From: the human T2T-CHM13v2.0 reference genome, Homo sapiens
Reading direction: 5' to 3' (one strand)
Assembly: GCF_009914755.1 (NCBI RefSeq)
Contig: NC_060937.1
DNA: 64,000 nucleotides
Shown here: piece after piece, positions 1 through 18,039 of the stretch
Layout: each line of letters begins with the position of its first letter
Numbering within the stretch: position 1 is the first letter of the stretch
Notes under the pieces: model-generated
What the model was told of the DNA's origin: nothing
Seen by the model: the letters and a program-made list of their open reading frames with translations, nothing else
Databases searched by the model: none
Translations under genes and position numbers: made by a program

Positions 1-239
<239 letters not shown>

Positions 240-2029
240 CTAATTGTACCAAAATTGTATAAGCTAATTAAATTCTGCCCTGGATACATGTCAGAAAAGG
301 AGAATCGAAATTTTGGGCCTCAAGAAATGCTCTTAATGTCCCAGAACTCCTCTTTAATGTGACCTTTTAGGGTATTCAGCGTCCATCTTCCTCACCCGGG
401 GAATCTGTGTTTGTTTCCCAGTGTTACTCAGATCTCCACTGTGCTGGGACTTTCTTTTTCCTTGTGAATCACTCTTACAGCTCCTCAGATGGTGATCTGA
501 GTAATTATGTAGAGGGTGGTGAAGCACAGACCTTTTAGATCTGCAAATGACACATCTGTCCAAATGTCATGTAATGAGTAACCACAATCCACTTTATATA
601 AGCCATATTTCTTCTCTTTCCAAAATGGGAAGGAGAGGGTGGGGGGGGAAATGTCTGGTAGAAATGGGAAGAAAAGCATTTCTATGGATTCCTCTAGCCA
701 TTAATTACATAGAAAATGCCACAGCTGCCCTCAGATTTCCAGGTGCACGTTATTAAACGTCATTCAAAGGAAATGTTTGGCCAACTAGATCCTGATGTGA
801 GAAACAGCATCCTAAAGAGCTATGTATGTTACTGTCTAATGCATGTACTTAGGCATTAAATAATATTAAATGACCATATTACCTTCTTGGGGCAATAGTT
901 AATATAAACATTTAGGATGCTCAGTTTGTACTTTTCAGTATTTGTGCTGGAAACTTTTGCATTCACAACTTTGAAAACTGGCTCGTGTTTTCATGGGAAG
1001 TGTCAGTTTAAAGTTGGCCTACTAATTAATGGGGGAATTTCAATATGGCAGTGCCTATGACAGCAAATGAAAAGCATTCTTTATAAACATCGTCTTCCTC
1101 CACACATTCACAGGTTAGTATCTGACACCCATTTTTAATTTCTAGAGCACCATTTGTACTTCTCTGTGGTTTTGCCTGCAAGTCTTCGATGATGCAGTCC
1201 ACCCTTCCATAAAAACGTACTCCAATTTTCCTAGATTCTACTTTCATTGTTTTGTGAATCAAGTTAGAAGGTACATAACTTAGCCTGATGAGATGGCATT
1301 CATAAGGTTAGGATAGCAGAGTTGCCTAACTAATCTTCCTGTTGCAATGAAATAAAAGAATGATATCTAAGTTGACCAACCTTGTAAAAGGTAATTTTAC
1401 AAGAGGCCTCCAAAAATAACGGACTAGGACTGGCCAGAGAAGAAAATAAACCCCTCATCCTCAATCCAGAACCCAGAGTTTGTCATCACTAGTCGAAAAG
1501 CTTGTTTGTTTTATACCTAAGTGAGACCTTGAGTTATCCAATGTGCTTCCATCACAGAATGGCCCACCAGGGTAGAAGGATTCTGAGTGTATTCCCTGAT
1601 GCTGTTGCCATGTGCCTATGGAATACCTATGCTCCATATTTAGCCCTCTTTCTGTGTAGTAGCAGAGACGTGGATGGCTGCTGAAACTAAGGGCCCAGTC
1701 TTTGGCCTTAGGACAGACCACTGGGTTTCTCCCACTGCCTAAAACCTTAGTAGCATTAGCATCAGACATGGACCCAATAAACAAACTACCTAGTTGATAA
1801 GCGCCGCATTTTTCATGATGTTTTACTGTGGCCTATCCACACACTCTTTCCTATTCCATGAAAGGAAGAAAAAGATAATTTGAGTTGTCCTATAAATTAA
1901 AATTTTTCCTTTGTGATTATTTTGGACCAGCGCCATAACATTCAGAAGATTATGAGTGGAGTCTTTAGTCTGTGAACAAAGTCCTAAGAAGGAAGTAGTG
2001 CTGTAACTTACTTCATCTAAAGAAGCATC

Positions 2030-2821
<792 letters not shown>

Positions 2822-3037
2822 CAGTCATGTGTCACTTAACAATGAGAATACGTCTTGAGAAATGCATCCTTAGGCAATTTCATCGTTGTGCTACCATCAC
2901 AGAATGTATTTCCACAAACCTAGATGTTACAACCTACCGCACACCTAGGCTGTGTGGTATGGCTTATTGCCCCTCTGACATAAACCTACACAACATGTAG
3001 CTACTGAATACTGTAGGCAATTGTAACACAGTGGTAA

Positions 3038-3346
<309 letters not shown>

Positions 3347-3644
3347 AGGGGTAAGGATTTCTATATCTAAACATATATGAACAGAAAAAGGGTACAGTAA
3401 AAATACTGCATAAAAGATTTAAAATGGAACACTCACAGAAGGCTCTTACCATGAATGGAGCTTGCAGGACCTCATGTTGTTCTGGGTGAGTCAGTGAGTG
3501 AGCAGTGAGTGAATATGAAGGCCTAGGACATTACTGTCACTACTGTAGACTTTGTAAACACTATATACTTAGACTATACTACATTTATTAAAAAAAACAA
3601 AAAACTTTTCTTCAGTAGTAAATTAACCTTAGCTTACTATAACA

Positions 3645-4284
<640 letters not shown>

Positions 4285-4689
4285 TGTAAACTTTGTTTAT
4301 ATTTTTAACTTTATGACTCTTTTATAGTAACAGTAAGTTTAAAACACACATTGTACAAAAATATTTCCTTTATCTCTTATTCTATATGCTTTTTTATATT
4401 TTTAATTTTTATTTTTTATACTTTTTGAACTTTTTGTTAAAAGCAAAAACACAAACACATACATTAGCCTAGGCCTACACAGGGTCAGGATCATCAATAT
4501 TACTGTCTTCCACCTCTACAGCTTGTCCCAGTGGAAGGTCTTTAGGGGCAATAACACGCACAGAGCTGTTGTCTCCTGTGATAACAATGCCTTCTTCTGG
4601 AATGCCTCCTCAAGGACCCACATGAGTCTATTTTACAGTTAACTTTTTTTTTTTTTAATAAGGAGGCGTATAGTCTAAAATGAAGATAA

Positions 4690-5083
<394 letters not shown>

Positions 5084-5091
5084 ATGTTTGA

Positions 5092-5286
<195 letters not shown>

Positions 5287-6571
5287 TAATCTTATGGGAG
5301 CACTGTGGTATATTTGGTCTGTTGTTGACCTGAAAGTTATGTGGCGCATGACTGTATCTAAAAACAAACAAACAAAAAATTTAAATAGAAAAGCTGGATT
5401 CCGACCACATGAATGAACCTTCTTATGATTCTGGAAGGAAGGCAGGTTCTACTAAGACAGGGTTCTTAGGCTACTACCACTACCTCACCCATAAAGGATC
5501 AGCCTTCTTAACCCAGCCAGTCACAAGGGATTCTGAGGATGAATGTTCACCAGGGCAGATTGGTTATGTTCAACAGCTTCATGTATTTCTGCAAAATCTA
5601 CCAGTCCGATGATGCAGTGAACATAATGATCCCCTGTGAAATAATAACAAGATAAAATGTTCCCAGGCCCATTTGTTTCCCACTGCTACCACCCCATAAG
5701 ACTGAACCATGGGTTGGAGTGAACACTTGAACCAAAGGTTACTGTATTGTATGTTCCTGTTCACACAGGACTTCACAAAAACCTTCTTTTATAAAGAAAA
5801 CAACCAGCCAATAAAACAGCATTAGAGTACATTATATATGTGACCAATTGTTTGATAAAATCTGATGTAAGCCTTCAGGCGTAATTGGAGTTCTTAGCAA
5901 AATACTTTGGTTTTTAATATTTCTATGACCCTCTAAGGGGGACTTAGCAATTACTCTTAAATTTTCAAAGTGGTGCATGGAGTTTTAGCTGTGTGACTTC
6001 CATTAAAGTCCATAGGAGTCTTGTTGCTAAAACATCACACAACTCACGAAAATGTGCCCCTTCTTGTGAAATTGTTAGAAGTAATGGGTATGGAAGTATA
6101 GCACAGCATTTCTGGTACATTTACAAGCTTTCTGTACTTGTTTCAAACTTTATACCTTTATGAAAACTCAATAGTTCTACAAAAATTGAAGGGGGGAAAA
6201 AGCCTATTATGTGTATTCCAGAAGTGAAGGGTAGAAAAAATACAGTAGAACTAATAAAAAATTAAAATAATTCTTCAAGAAAAGCCAATGTTTCAACATA
6301 TTTATAATCTTTATTTCAAAATTAATATATCCTCTCCTGGGTTTTTAAAGTAAGCCTTAAAATCGAACTTAAAAAAATGAACTTGACTGACAAAGTTTCA
6401 CTATAACCACATACAATGATTTTGGGTTTCAGCAACCTCCTCTACTGAAACCGATATAATTTAAGCATCATCGGAGCAAAACTTCACTCCTTTAGATGGT
6501 TGGTGGTGTGAGGGGTTTGTTCCCAGTGGATAAGAGGATGGCCTTAAGGTTTGCTGAGTCCTTCTCTCTCA

Positions 6572-7060
<489 letters not shown>

Positions 7061-7417
7061 TCAGGGACACTCTGAGCTAAGAAAAGGGTGAGAGCCCTGG
7101 GAGGAGACCTTCTTTCAATCCAGGCTACATGCTCTGAGTTTTTCCAGGGCATATATAGCTGCTCCATTTGGACTATGCTCCTAGACTGACATGGGCCTGA
7201 CTCGCAGGAGCCGGCAGCTCCTAGTGCTGAGCTCACCGGCTCGGCCCAGCACCAGCACCACCTCCCCTCTGAGCATCTGGTGGCCTTGCTGATAACACAG
7301 TGACACAGCCATTTCCTTCTATAGCAGAAACATCTTTGGAGTTCTGTTTCCACAGTCCTTTGAGAGACACTCTCGAGGCCAGGAGCTGGCCTCAGACATA
7401 AAAGTATTTGTTTCAAC

Positions 7418-7440
7418 AGAGAGAGAGAGAGAGAGAGAGA
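7418..7440. repeat. (GA)n microsatellite
   Basis: About 11 perfect AG units. Confidence 0.9.
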
Positions 7441-10400
7441 CTCAGTGACTGCTTTTTGAGTGAATTGTTGTTGGCTCAGTTTCAGTAATGCAATGTTTTG
7501 CTTTAGATTAATTTACTAAGCAGTACTAAAGTATCATTTATATACATTATTGAATCTTGGGATGATTCTGTAAGCATTACTTTCTCCTGAAATCTCCACT
7601 TCTGTCTGGATAGTGGATTTTAGGATAGGTTTTTAAAATGGAAAACTTGACGCAGATTCAAATTTTCAACACAGCATTGAACGAATAGCATCAGTTGGGG
7701 ACGAGCTATGCCACCAATTTAAAGTGTCTCAGCCGGGGTCAGAATTAGGAACTGTCTAAACAGGGAATTTCAGAAGGGCAGGGGAGGATATCAAGGCACA
7801 AATGGGAGGAAATAAGCCATTGTTCCTTTAGAAAGCTTAGTAACCTCGATAATGAGAGGCTATGAAATAGTTCTTTTTATAACTGTAACTTCTTAACTTC
7901 CCAGCCCTAATAGCTCCAAGGGTCACTTGCAGAGAGCTCCGGGGCTACACCTGCCTTGCATAGATTAGGGCCCGCTGCAGCTGTCTTCATTTGCAAGACT
8001 AAGGTGTAGCTCCAAGAGGCTGTAGGTCTCAGCATGGAGCACTCCTCCTCAATCTCAATAGGCTGGTGTTGCGGATTAAGATGGCCATTGCAAGCCAGGC
8101 TCAGAAATTGCAAGATGAGGCAGGTAACGATTTCCTGGGTTTTATGTATCAGGCCTTATGAGGTATGAAGCGGGAAACCTTTTATATGCCTGCCTTGAAT
8201 TAGCCATACCTTTTACAATCAGCTCTGTTGAAGAGCAGCTGCCTGGACTATCTAGCATACCCATGGGCCAGGCATGCCTTTGGCACACACACAGGTTTGT
8301 AAAGAGCTTGTGAATCTATAGGATGATCTCTTGGTGAGGACAGAAGGGACCCATAGCTAGTCAGCATCGGACTGAGGGCTGGATCCACTTTTTCCTGTAA
8401 TGTGCGTTTGTTTCACAGAAAATACAATTAGGATAATTCTTGTGTGTTCTCTACAGGAAGGAAGTAGTATACTGCTTGTGAATGGTAGGCTAAATGAGGG
8501 AACCATTAAAGGGTTTTTAATAGACTTTTGAACCAAAAGACATAAGGGACTATACTTACATTGCCTTAACTGAGAAATGTTTTGCAGTGTGAGAAGACTT
8601 AATCAAATCTTCATTACATACCTGGTCAGGGACCAGGCTGAATGTTTCTTTAAGCAATTGGATAAAATGCACATTGAAGACTTGTTAGTTATGTGAGAAT
8701 ATGTCTGACATGCTTATCATCTCTCCTGCGGGTGCCTGAGTATCAGATACTTGGTTTACTGTGTTGGGTTGAATGCTTCTGTTCTAATTTCTAATGAACT
8801 TTACCACCAGACTACTTGATCATGACTAAGCCCAGGAACAATGCAAATGGAATTGCCCCCTGATGGGGAGGAATGGGCCCAGATGGCCCTTAAAAGGTGA
8901 TAATTAGGAAATATAGCATATCTGAGTAGCTAGAAAGAGAGAAACTTGTTAAAGACAGTCAATCTGTTTGAAGCAACGGTCTTTCCCTTAATTATATGCA
9001 TTTTCATTTAGAGTTGCTTTAAAGTAAAATTTTTCCCAGGAAAAATTTTTATTAGTAGTGAAAACCTAGAAACCACACACATTTTTTGCTACTCTGTTTC
9101 AGATTATTGAAAATTCCTTCCTTCATACATTTTTTTTTGGTTTCCAGATCTGTGTAACAGACTCGCTGTGTGTGTTTTAGGGGCCGTTTTAGGTTATTTT
9201 AGCTCTTATGCTAAAACAGTGGGGGAGCGATTAAAAGTGAGAAAAATATTAGTATATATTTGTAAACTGAGCTTTTAAAATTAAAATAGTTGCAGGATAT
9301 TACAGTCTGTGATTTCATATACTTTGTAAGATTGCCTTAAATGTATTGCCTTCTTGGCAGCATAATGCCAGATTTTTCTCCAATATGTCATTAAAATAAT
9401 TTTACATATAACAAGTTGAACTTTTTAAAGACTTATATTTTAATCTGAATTAGCATATTTACTAATTATATTACTTATTTGGCTTTTCTTTAGTCCGATT
9501 CTTTTTTTTTTTTTAGTGTACAAACTTGGCATTACTCTTTAAGAATAACAAGTGAACTGGAAATGAGAGGGTGGTGACATGAAGAGAGAGAGAAGAAATA
9601 CATTCCTTATATCTCTTCCAGCTCCTGCATGGAATGGAGGATCTGACAGTGGCCGTTCCTGGGTATTAAAGCCAGTGCAAAAGATAGAGCGTCCAAAAGG
9701 CAACTTCTTCCTTATTTGTGAAGTCAGAAAGTAAAATTTACATTGAAGTGCTAAGCTACATTATTCTGAATATTTTGGCAGTCATATTTGGGCAGATGAG
9801 TTGCTTTCCTGAAATTACTCAGCACCGTCATTCATCCTGACAAAAGCTAGTGGTACAGATGCACCTTTGGGACTGAGGCCAAGGTGAAACCTGCGTTTTC
9901 CAGGTCTGCCCACTCAGTTTTGGAAGGACTCTCAATAAAACCGGCCTCACACCCCAAGCATCACCCCTCCTGTCCTTAGTAAGTACACTCTGGCTGGAAT
10001 CTAGGGTCCCAGCATCTAGCCCTTGGGACTTCACATAAATTCATCAAGTATCTTCCTCCACTCAAAAATCTCTTACAGAATCTTTGACATTTTAAGCTTC
10101 ATTACTGCAAAGTGGATATAGTTCATTCTCAGCTTCAGGATTCCAGAAGCATACATACCAGGTCAGAATGGAGAGGCATCACGCTTTCCTTCAGCAAGCT
10201 TCAGGGGAGACAGGATTTAGGGTGGGCTACACATATACCAGTTGTAGGATGTTTTGAACTATATTCTTGCAATCACAGACAGGTTGTCCCAGAGAAAATA
10301 ATCTGGCTCTAACTTCTCTTGTTATCAGTGAAAAGCAAAAATTACTTAGTGCAGGTATGCTTAAAGGAAGAAAAAGGCAAGAGAAAAGTGAGAGGTAAAA

Positions 10401-11049
10401 ATTATTACCATTTTAATTCCATGATTCTCAGCAATGAAGGAGCATGATTGAAATCCCATGTGCCCAGTCATATCTGTAAATGAGAGTATGATTTTTGAAG
10501 ACTGTATTCAATTGTTTCAACTTGAGCAATTGCAAGTAAGACTTAGGACTGTGTTTACCAGTTACTGTTATTTACTATTACTTTCTAAATGTGACCTGAC
10601 TTGAAACCTTTATAGATGCAATTTTTATCCATCACAGAACAAGCTCTAAAGAGGAGAGCAGCTTCAACTTTTTCAAGTATTTTTTTTTAAAAGGATTTAA
10701 CTTTGACCAACACCAAACTTGCATCTTGTTAAGGTAACTAATAACTGACTGCTATAACAATATTTAGAATTTTGTTTAACAGCAACTGTCAAAAAAACAA
10801 GTTAAAATAGCCCAGGAGATGGATGGCGATTAACTCTGCGTTCTTTTTAGACTGTGTTATTAATTAGCTCTCTAGACTCAAATAGGTTACATCCTCTGAG
10901 CAGTAAATTGCATGCCATTTGCAAGCTCTGTGGATGAAATTTACATGTGGCCTAAATGCTATCCACATTGTTTTGTTAAGTAGCATTTTATCTCTCTGGA
11001 CTGGTCCCTTGCCTCCTCCCCCAGCCCCAGTGGAAAGTTTTATTCACTT

Positions 11050-11102
11050 TTCTTGCGGGAAGGGAAAGTCGCATGTAGTTTGGTCATTTGGCGCCATCTT
11101 CT
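11050..11102. promoter_or_regulatory. Candidate regulatory cluster: E2F-like GCGGGAA, NF-kB-like GGGAAAGTC, YY1 GCGCCATCTT
   Basis: Motif matches only, inside a repeat-free island; YY1 match at 11091-11100. Confidence 0.35.
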
Positions 11103-12443
11103 TTTTTATTGTTAAATCCACTAAAGGCAGTCATGCCTGGCAGTACCAGGCGGGCTCCTTCCGGGGTTCTGGTCGGCTAAGCATTCAGAGTTCTTTGCTT
11201 TTTATTTACTAGAAATGTTTTCAGCTTCTGTCTTTGCTTTAAGATCTGATTAAAAGGAACCTTAAAAAAGGAACATAGATTTTGGTGTATGTTTTTCCTC
11301 TCTACTTCTCTTCCCTGTGCCCCCCAAACCCAATCACCAACTTCCCCCATCCCCAGCAAACACGGGCTTTTTTGTGTATTTATTTAAAAGCATTTTAGGA
11401 AGCACCGTAATACCGCACAGCTTGGAGGTTAAGATAGAATTGGATGTTTCCCTCACCATCAGTTGATGGAATCATCAGTGTTCCGGTTCTATTTATCTTC
11501 ATGATTTGAGAATGTTTCTGAACAGCTGCCCTTCCGAGGATGCTGGTATTTAGACAGACCTTCCTGTCATTTATCTGACTCACAGGCACAACTCTTTTGA
11601 AAGAATTAATATCAAACTTACATATGAAAATCTACCATTTAGAAATGGATTCTTTTTCAGTACCTACTTTTCAATTCAACCGGGGAGATCCCATCTATTT
11701 TAAAAAATCATTAATCACATACTTCTGACATTTTCCCTTTCAGTTTCCTCAGGGGGAAAAAAGTTATTTGAATAACAAACAAACAAACAAAAACCCCTCA
11801 TCGCAAATAGCTGTCAGCCTCCTATGTGAACAAAAGCGCTCTCTCACACTGAGACCTACCGTGTTTTGTTTAGTTAGAGGCAGCAGGGTGGTAGGGACAC
11901 TATGCAGAAAGGCTTGGGTTAATGAGCACTTTCTGGATTGAGTGTCTCTCCTGATTAACCCTTGGATTACTTGCTTTGAGTTGCTAACCCTCTCTCACTG
12001 CCCACTCAAGAATTTCCCACATGGTAGCCTCATCCATAGATGCCCTTCCCTAGATGCACTGATGGTAGACAGCATAAAAATGTGTAAGCACTGTAGCTTT
12101 CCAATGAACTGAAACAAAAAGCTTAAGCATTACTTTTTATTTCCTTGATCTAAAGAACATGTTTTGGGGGATATTTTCTTAATCAATATCTAAGTTATCT
12201 AGAGTTATAAATACTATAAATAAATTAGTTACAAACTAATTTTTAGACACAAGTCTTTTGTTCAAACCAACTCTTACATAGAAACTCTAAAAATTTGGGG
12301 GGGAAGGGGACAGTTGGGGATCAGAATCACTCCCCATTATCTCTCTGTTGGTGCTCCCCAAAGGATCTTCAGGGAACGACGTTTAAAAACCATTTTGTAT
12401 CATGAAATGGGACCCGAAAGACATTCTTTCTAGTGACTTTGTG

Positions 12444-12495
12444 TTAGATTGAGTCATATGAAATTGCCACTGTGTGACCCATTTTGACCTAAAAA
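12444..12495. mobile_element. Half of a MADE2 (mariner-derived MITE)
   Basis: TTAGATTGAGTCATATGAAATTGCC...TTTTGACCTAAAAA resembles one arm of recalled MADE2 consensus. Confidence 0.6.
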
Positions 12496-12669
12496 AAAAA
12501 CCAAAAAACAAAAAACAAAAAACCAGCACTAGGGTACCAGAGTATTTTTAGTGTAATCACTGTACGTGATAAGAAAATGGAGAAATGAGAAAGCTTGAAA
12601 CTTAGACTATAAGCTCCTCATAAGCTAATAGCGACTTCCTCCCTTCTTCCGCAGTCACCTGGCAAGTCC

Positions 12670-12810
12670 CTTCTATGTGCTGCTGGTTCTAGGGATACAG
12701 AGATAAAAGGCGTAGTCACTGCCTCCAAATCATCACAGTGCAAAGGACAAATAAATACAGAAGGACCCATGGGATGAAGAAACAGCCCAGGGTGGTGGGA
12801 ACACAGAGCG
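12670..12810 (-). mobile_element. L2 fragment
   Basis: CTATGTGC...CTAGGGATACAGAGATAA...GTCACTGCCTC pattern. Confidence 0.45.
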
Positions 12811-13126
12811 AGAGTTTCTAGGATCTTGAAAGCCATGTTGCACGGAGCTCCCGGTCCCTGAGTTTTCAGACTGATCTTTCTGTGGACTGTGCCTAAGTAA
12901 TAACAGTTTCAGAACGTAGAAACTCAGTGTACATCCTTCATAGCCAGGATGGATATGATAGCCTGGAAGTGAACAGTAAATCCAGTGATTTGTTTTCTTC
13001 ACTCATTCTTTCATTTTAAGAAAGTGCTTAGAATCCACAAGTTGTGCTTAATGCCAGCAGACGCATTACATATGCCAGCCCTGCCCCTTAGTCACAATTA
13101 CTCCCCACACTGACCTCCCATTGCAT

Positions 13127-14043
<917 letters not shown>

Positions 14044-14105
14044 GATGTATAGCGTTTTGTGCCTGTGTTATGAAACTAATTATGAAGCATCTTATATTCA
14101 TTATC

Positions 14106-14225
14106 ATTAGATCTGTCTCCTCCATTAGGTTTTAAGTTTCTTGAGACAGGGATTATCCTTCTTCATCTTTGTATCCCCCACAGTCCAGCACTCACCAAGG
14201 CACAAAGTAGGTTCTTAGGAAACTG
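14106..14225 (+). mobile_element. L2 3' end
   Basis: TCTGTCTCC...CTTGAGACAGGGA...TTCATCTTTGTATCCCC...GGCACAAAGTAGGT. Confidence 0.65.
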
Positions 14226-15854
14226 GTCAGAATAAAACTGACCAATGCAACATCCTCCTTCCCTTAAAATCACCAGCATACCTGGGAACACAGGCTTTCT
14301 CTTTCTCTCTTCCCTGTAGCAAGTGACAGCTTATCAGGAATGGAGGCAGCTCGGTATTATCCATCAAGCCTTCCAGCTGGGTGCACACCCTCCTTATCTG
14401 CTGTGGGACCTTCACCAGCATCCTGGGATTTCCTCAGGCTGCCTCATCCCCACAACGGCAGTGATGTGACCCACTCTGGTTTATGCAGATACGTTAAGAG
14501 AGATTATTTTAAGTACCACTGAAACCCAAGCAGAGGCAAGGCTGGTGGAAACCCCAGTATTTGGGGGCACACTCCCTGTTTGACATGGTTCAGGAATGAC
14601 TCATACATCTACTTTAAGGGGGATTTGGACAAGGAGGCACTAAGATACCTATCCAGGCTTTGACTTGGGAGCATTGTGCAGGAGGTTTAAGAAAGATTAT
14701 TTTAAGACTATCTCAGAAGGCTGGAGCAGCATCTTTCTGATTTCTTCTGCTACCTTTCACTCGGAGCCTGTGATTTCTAACATGTATTTCAGGTTGGATT
14801 TAAGAGAGAGCTGGCCCCTACTGAATTGGCCACCTTTGATGTTACAGTACTGAGGAGGGGAGGGACAGATGGAACAAAAGTCGTAATTGCCCAAATTTAC
14901 AATAGGTTCCCAGCAGCAGCTCGCACAAAAGAAATGTTAATGCAATAAACTGTAAATGGAAGGAAGCTAAGCAGGATTTATGGCTGGCGCAAACCTCCAT
15001 CAAGGCACTGGAACCTCTTTCCTTCATCTGTGAGGCATTTCAGTGGTCACAGTAGAATTGGGCTCATTTGAAAATCAGTGGCTGCTCTGTGTCTTCCCTC
15101 CCTTGTGTGTCCTGCACCCCCTACACAAACCAATTCCTGTAAAAACCTGGGGAATCTGATAGAACAATTGGAGAAAAACATCAGTCATTGAGGGTCAAGA
15201 CTGCAAACCCGGCAGAGCCAAGAGTGCACACACATTTGCTGTGCACATGTATGTGTTACAGCTGCAACCAAAGCGTGCGTTTTCCTTCCCCAAGTCTGTG
15301 TTGGGGACTTCCGCAGACACAGCAGATGGCCAGAGTGTTTCCACGTTTCAGCCTCGAAGTGAGAGGGCAGCATGTCATTCACCAGCCTGGCACTTACCCA
15401 TCCATCAGGGCCACCTCTATAAATGGCTGTTTTTCACATTTGGTTCCAGCAGGTTCCATCTCCATTCCGGCTCACACATACCTTTACCTGTGTTGTATCA
15501 TGTGGGGTGCTCCTTGTCTCCTTGTCCAGATTGCTGGCCCGCTTGCTTCATTAATTAACCGAGGAGCACGTCTAAATGGAAAATTGCTTTCTGAGATCTG
15601 TGTGTCCTGGCTCCATGCTGTGAGGGGCTCCCTGTAATTAAACACGTTTTAAGAGTTGCTGTCTTGCGCATGTGCCCTGGACATCGGTGCTTTCCCCACT
15701 GGCTGGGTAGTTCTGTTTCAGACCTTAGACCTAAATGATAATAACAGTTACAAGGAAACTTGCATATCAGTTGATTAAGTGTGGGGAATTTTTTTCCTTT
15801 TGAAAGTTGGGGGAAAGAACTCCTCAGTGGGGAAGTGATTTTTCTGCCCTGTAG

Positions 15855-15965
15855 GGATGGGAAAATGGTTAATCATCATGGGGGCCTCAACAGACCTCAG
15901 CATGTTCGCGAAGTCCTTGGCCTCAGGTTCCTCATCCATCCCACCGCGAGAGCGATACGGCTTGG
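15855..15965 (+). other. Candidate 111-nt cassette exon (unverified)
   Basis: TTTTTCTGCCCTGTAG| acceptor, TGG|GTAAGC donor, 6 CpGs, two stop-free frames. Confidence 0.35.
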
Positions 15966-16149
15966 GTAAGCCGCGAATCCCCTCACTGGGCTCCAATTAT
16001 TCCAGAATTCTAACTTTAAAAATAAAATATTCATATTTAAAAGTTCCTGCTACCGTTTCAAAGAAGCTTCCCAAGAAGCTCTTCAGAGCTGGGGCATGGA
16101 GGAACCTGTCACTGGGTCCCTTTCTGCTGGGGGATCAGTTCCTTTTATA

Positions 16150-16901
<752 letters not shown>

Positions 16902-17138
16902 GTAACAAAGAACAAAGAAAGCCTTTAGGCAGTTTTTGCTGAGACTCTCAAATAGGAATTTAGAGTGATGGTCCTTGAGTCAGAGAGGCCACTAGAGAAA
17001 GTTTGACTTTCCATGTAGAATAGCAAGCTCTCCTCTGGCAAGTCTTTTCCAGACAAGGCTCTATAATTTTTTGCTAATAAATGTGTGGACAAAGTTATGG
17101 GATGTATAGAAGTCTGACACCAAAACCATGTCAGAGAC

Positions 17139-17421
<283 letters not shown>

Positions 17422-17470
17422 GTAACAAAGATTGTTAGTAAAAGTTATTGAAATTTAAATCTATGATTCA

Positions 17471-17731
<261 letters not shown>

Positions 17732-18039
17732 TTAAATTTAAAAAGAAAAAGATGAAAAGAAAGATGAGAAGATAAGGAAATATCTGTAGACAGTTTAAGT
17801 CTCTATTTTTTTCTACAAATGTACAGTTATGTATTGTAACATACTGCATCTTTTGACCCTGTCTTCTCTGTTTCAACAGAGCTTATCTTTTTCTATGTAT
17901 TTCTGCTGCTACTGCTTTTCCAAACCACAGCCATTGTCCTGTAATGCCCTTATGCATTTGGCCAAGCCCTCTTAGCTTCTTTATTATTGTGGGGTCTTAG
18001 TTGATGTTTGGGGTGTATGACATTACAAAACACATGGGA

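Noticed and set aside
15188-15637. 149-aa and overlapping 105-aa non-Alu ORFs
   Set aside because: Non-ATG starts, no recognisable domain, length within chance expectation for 64 kb
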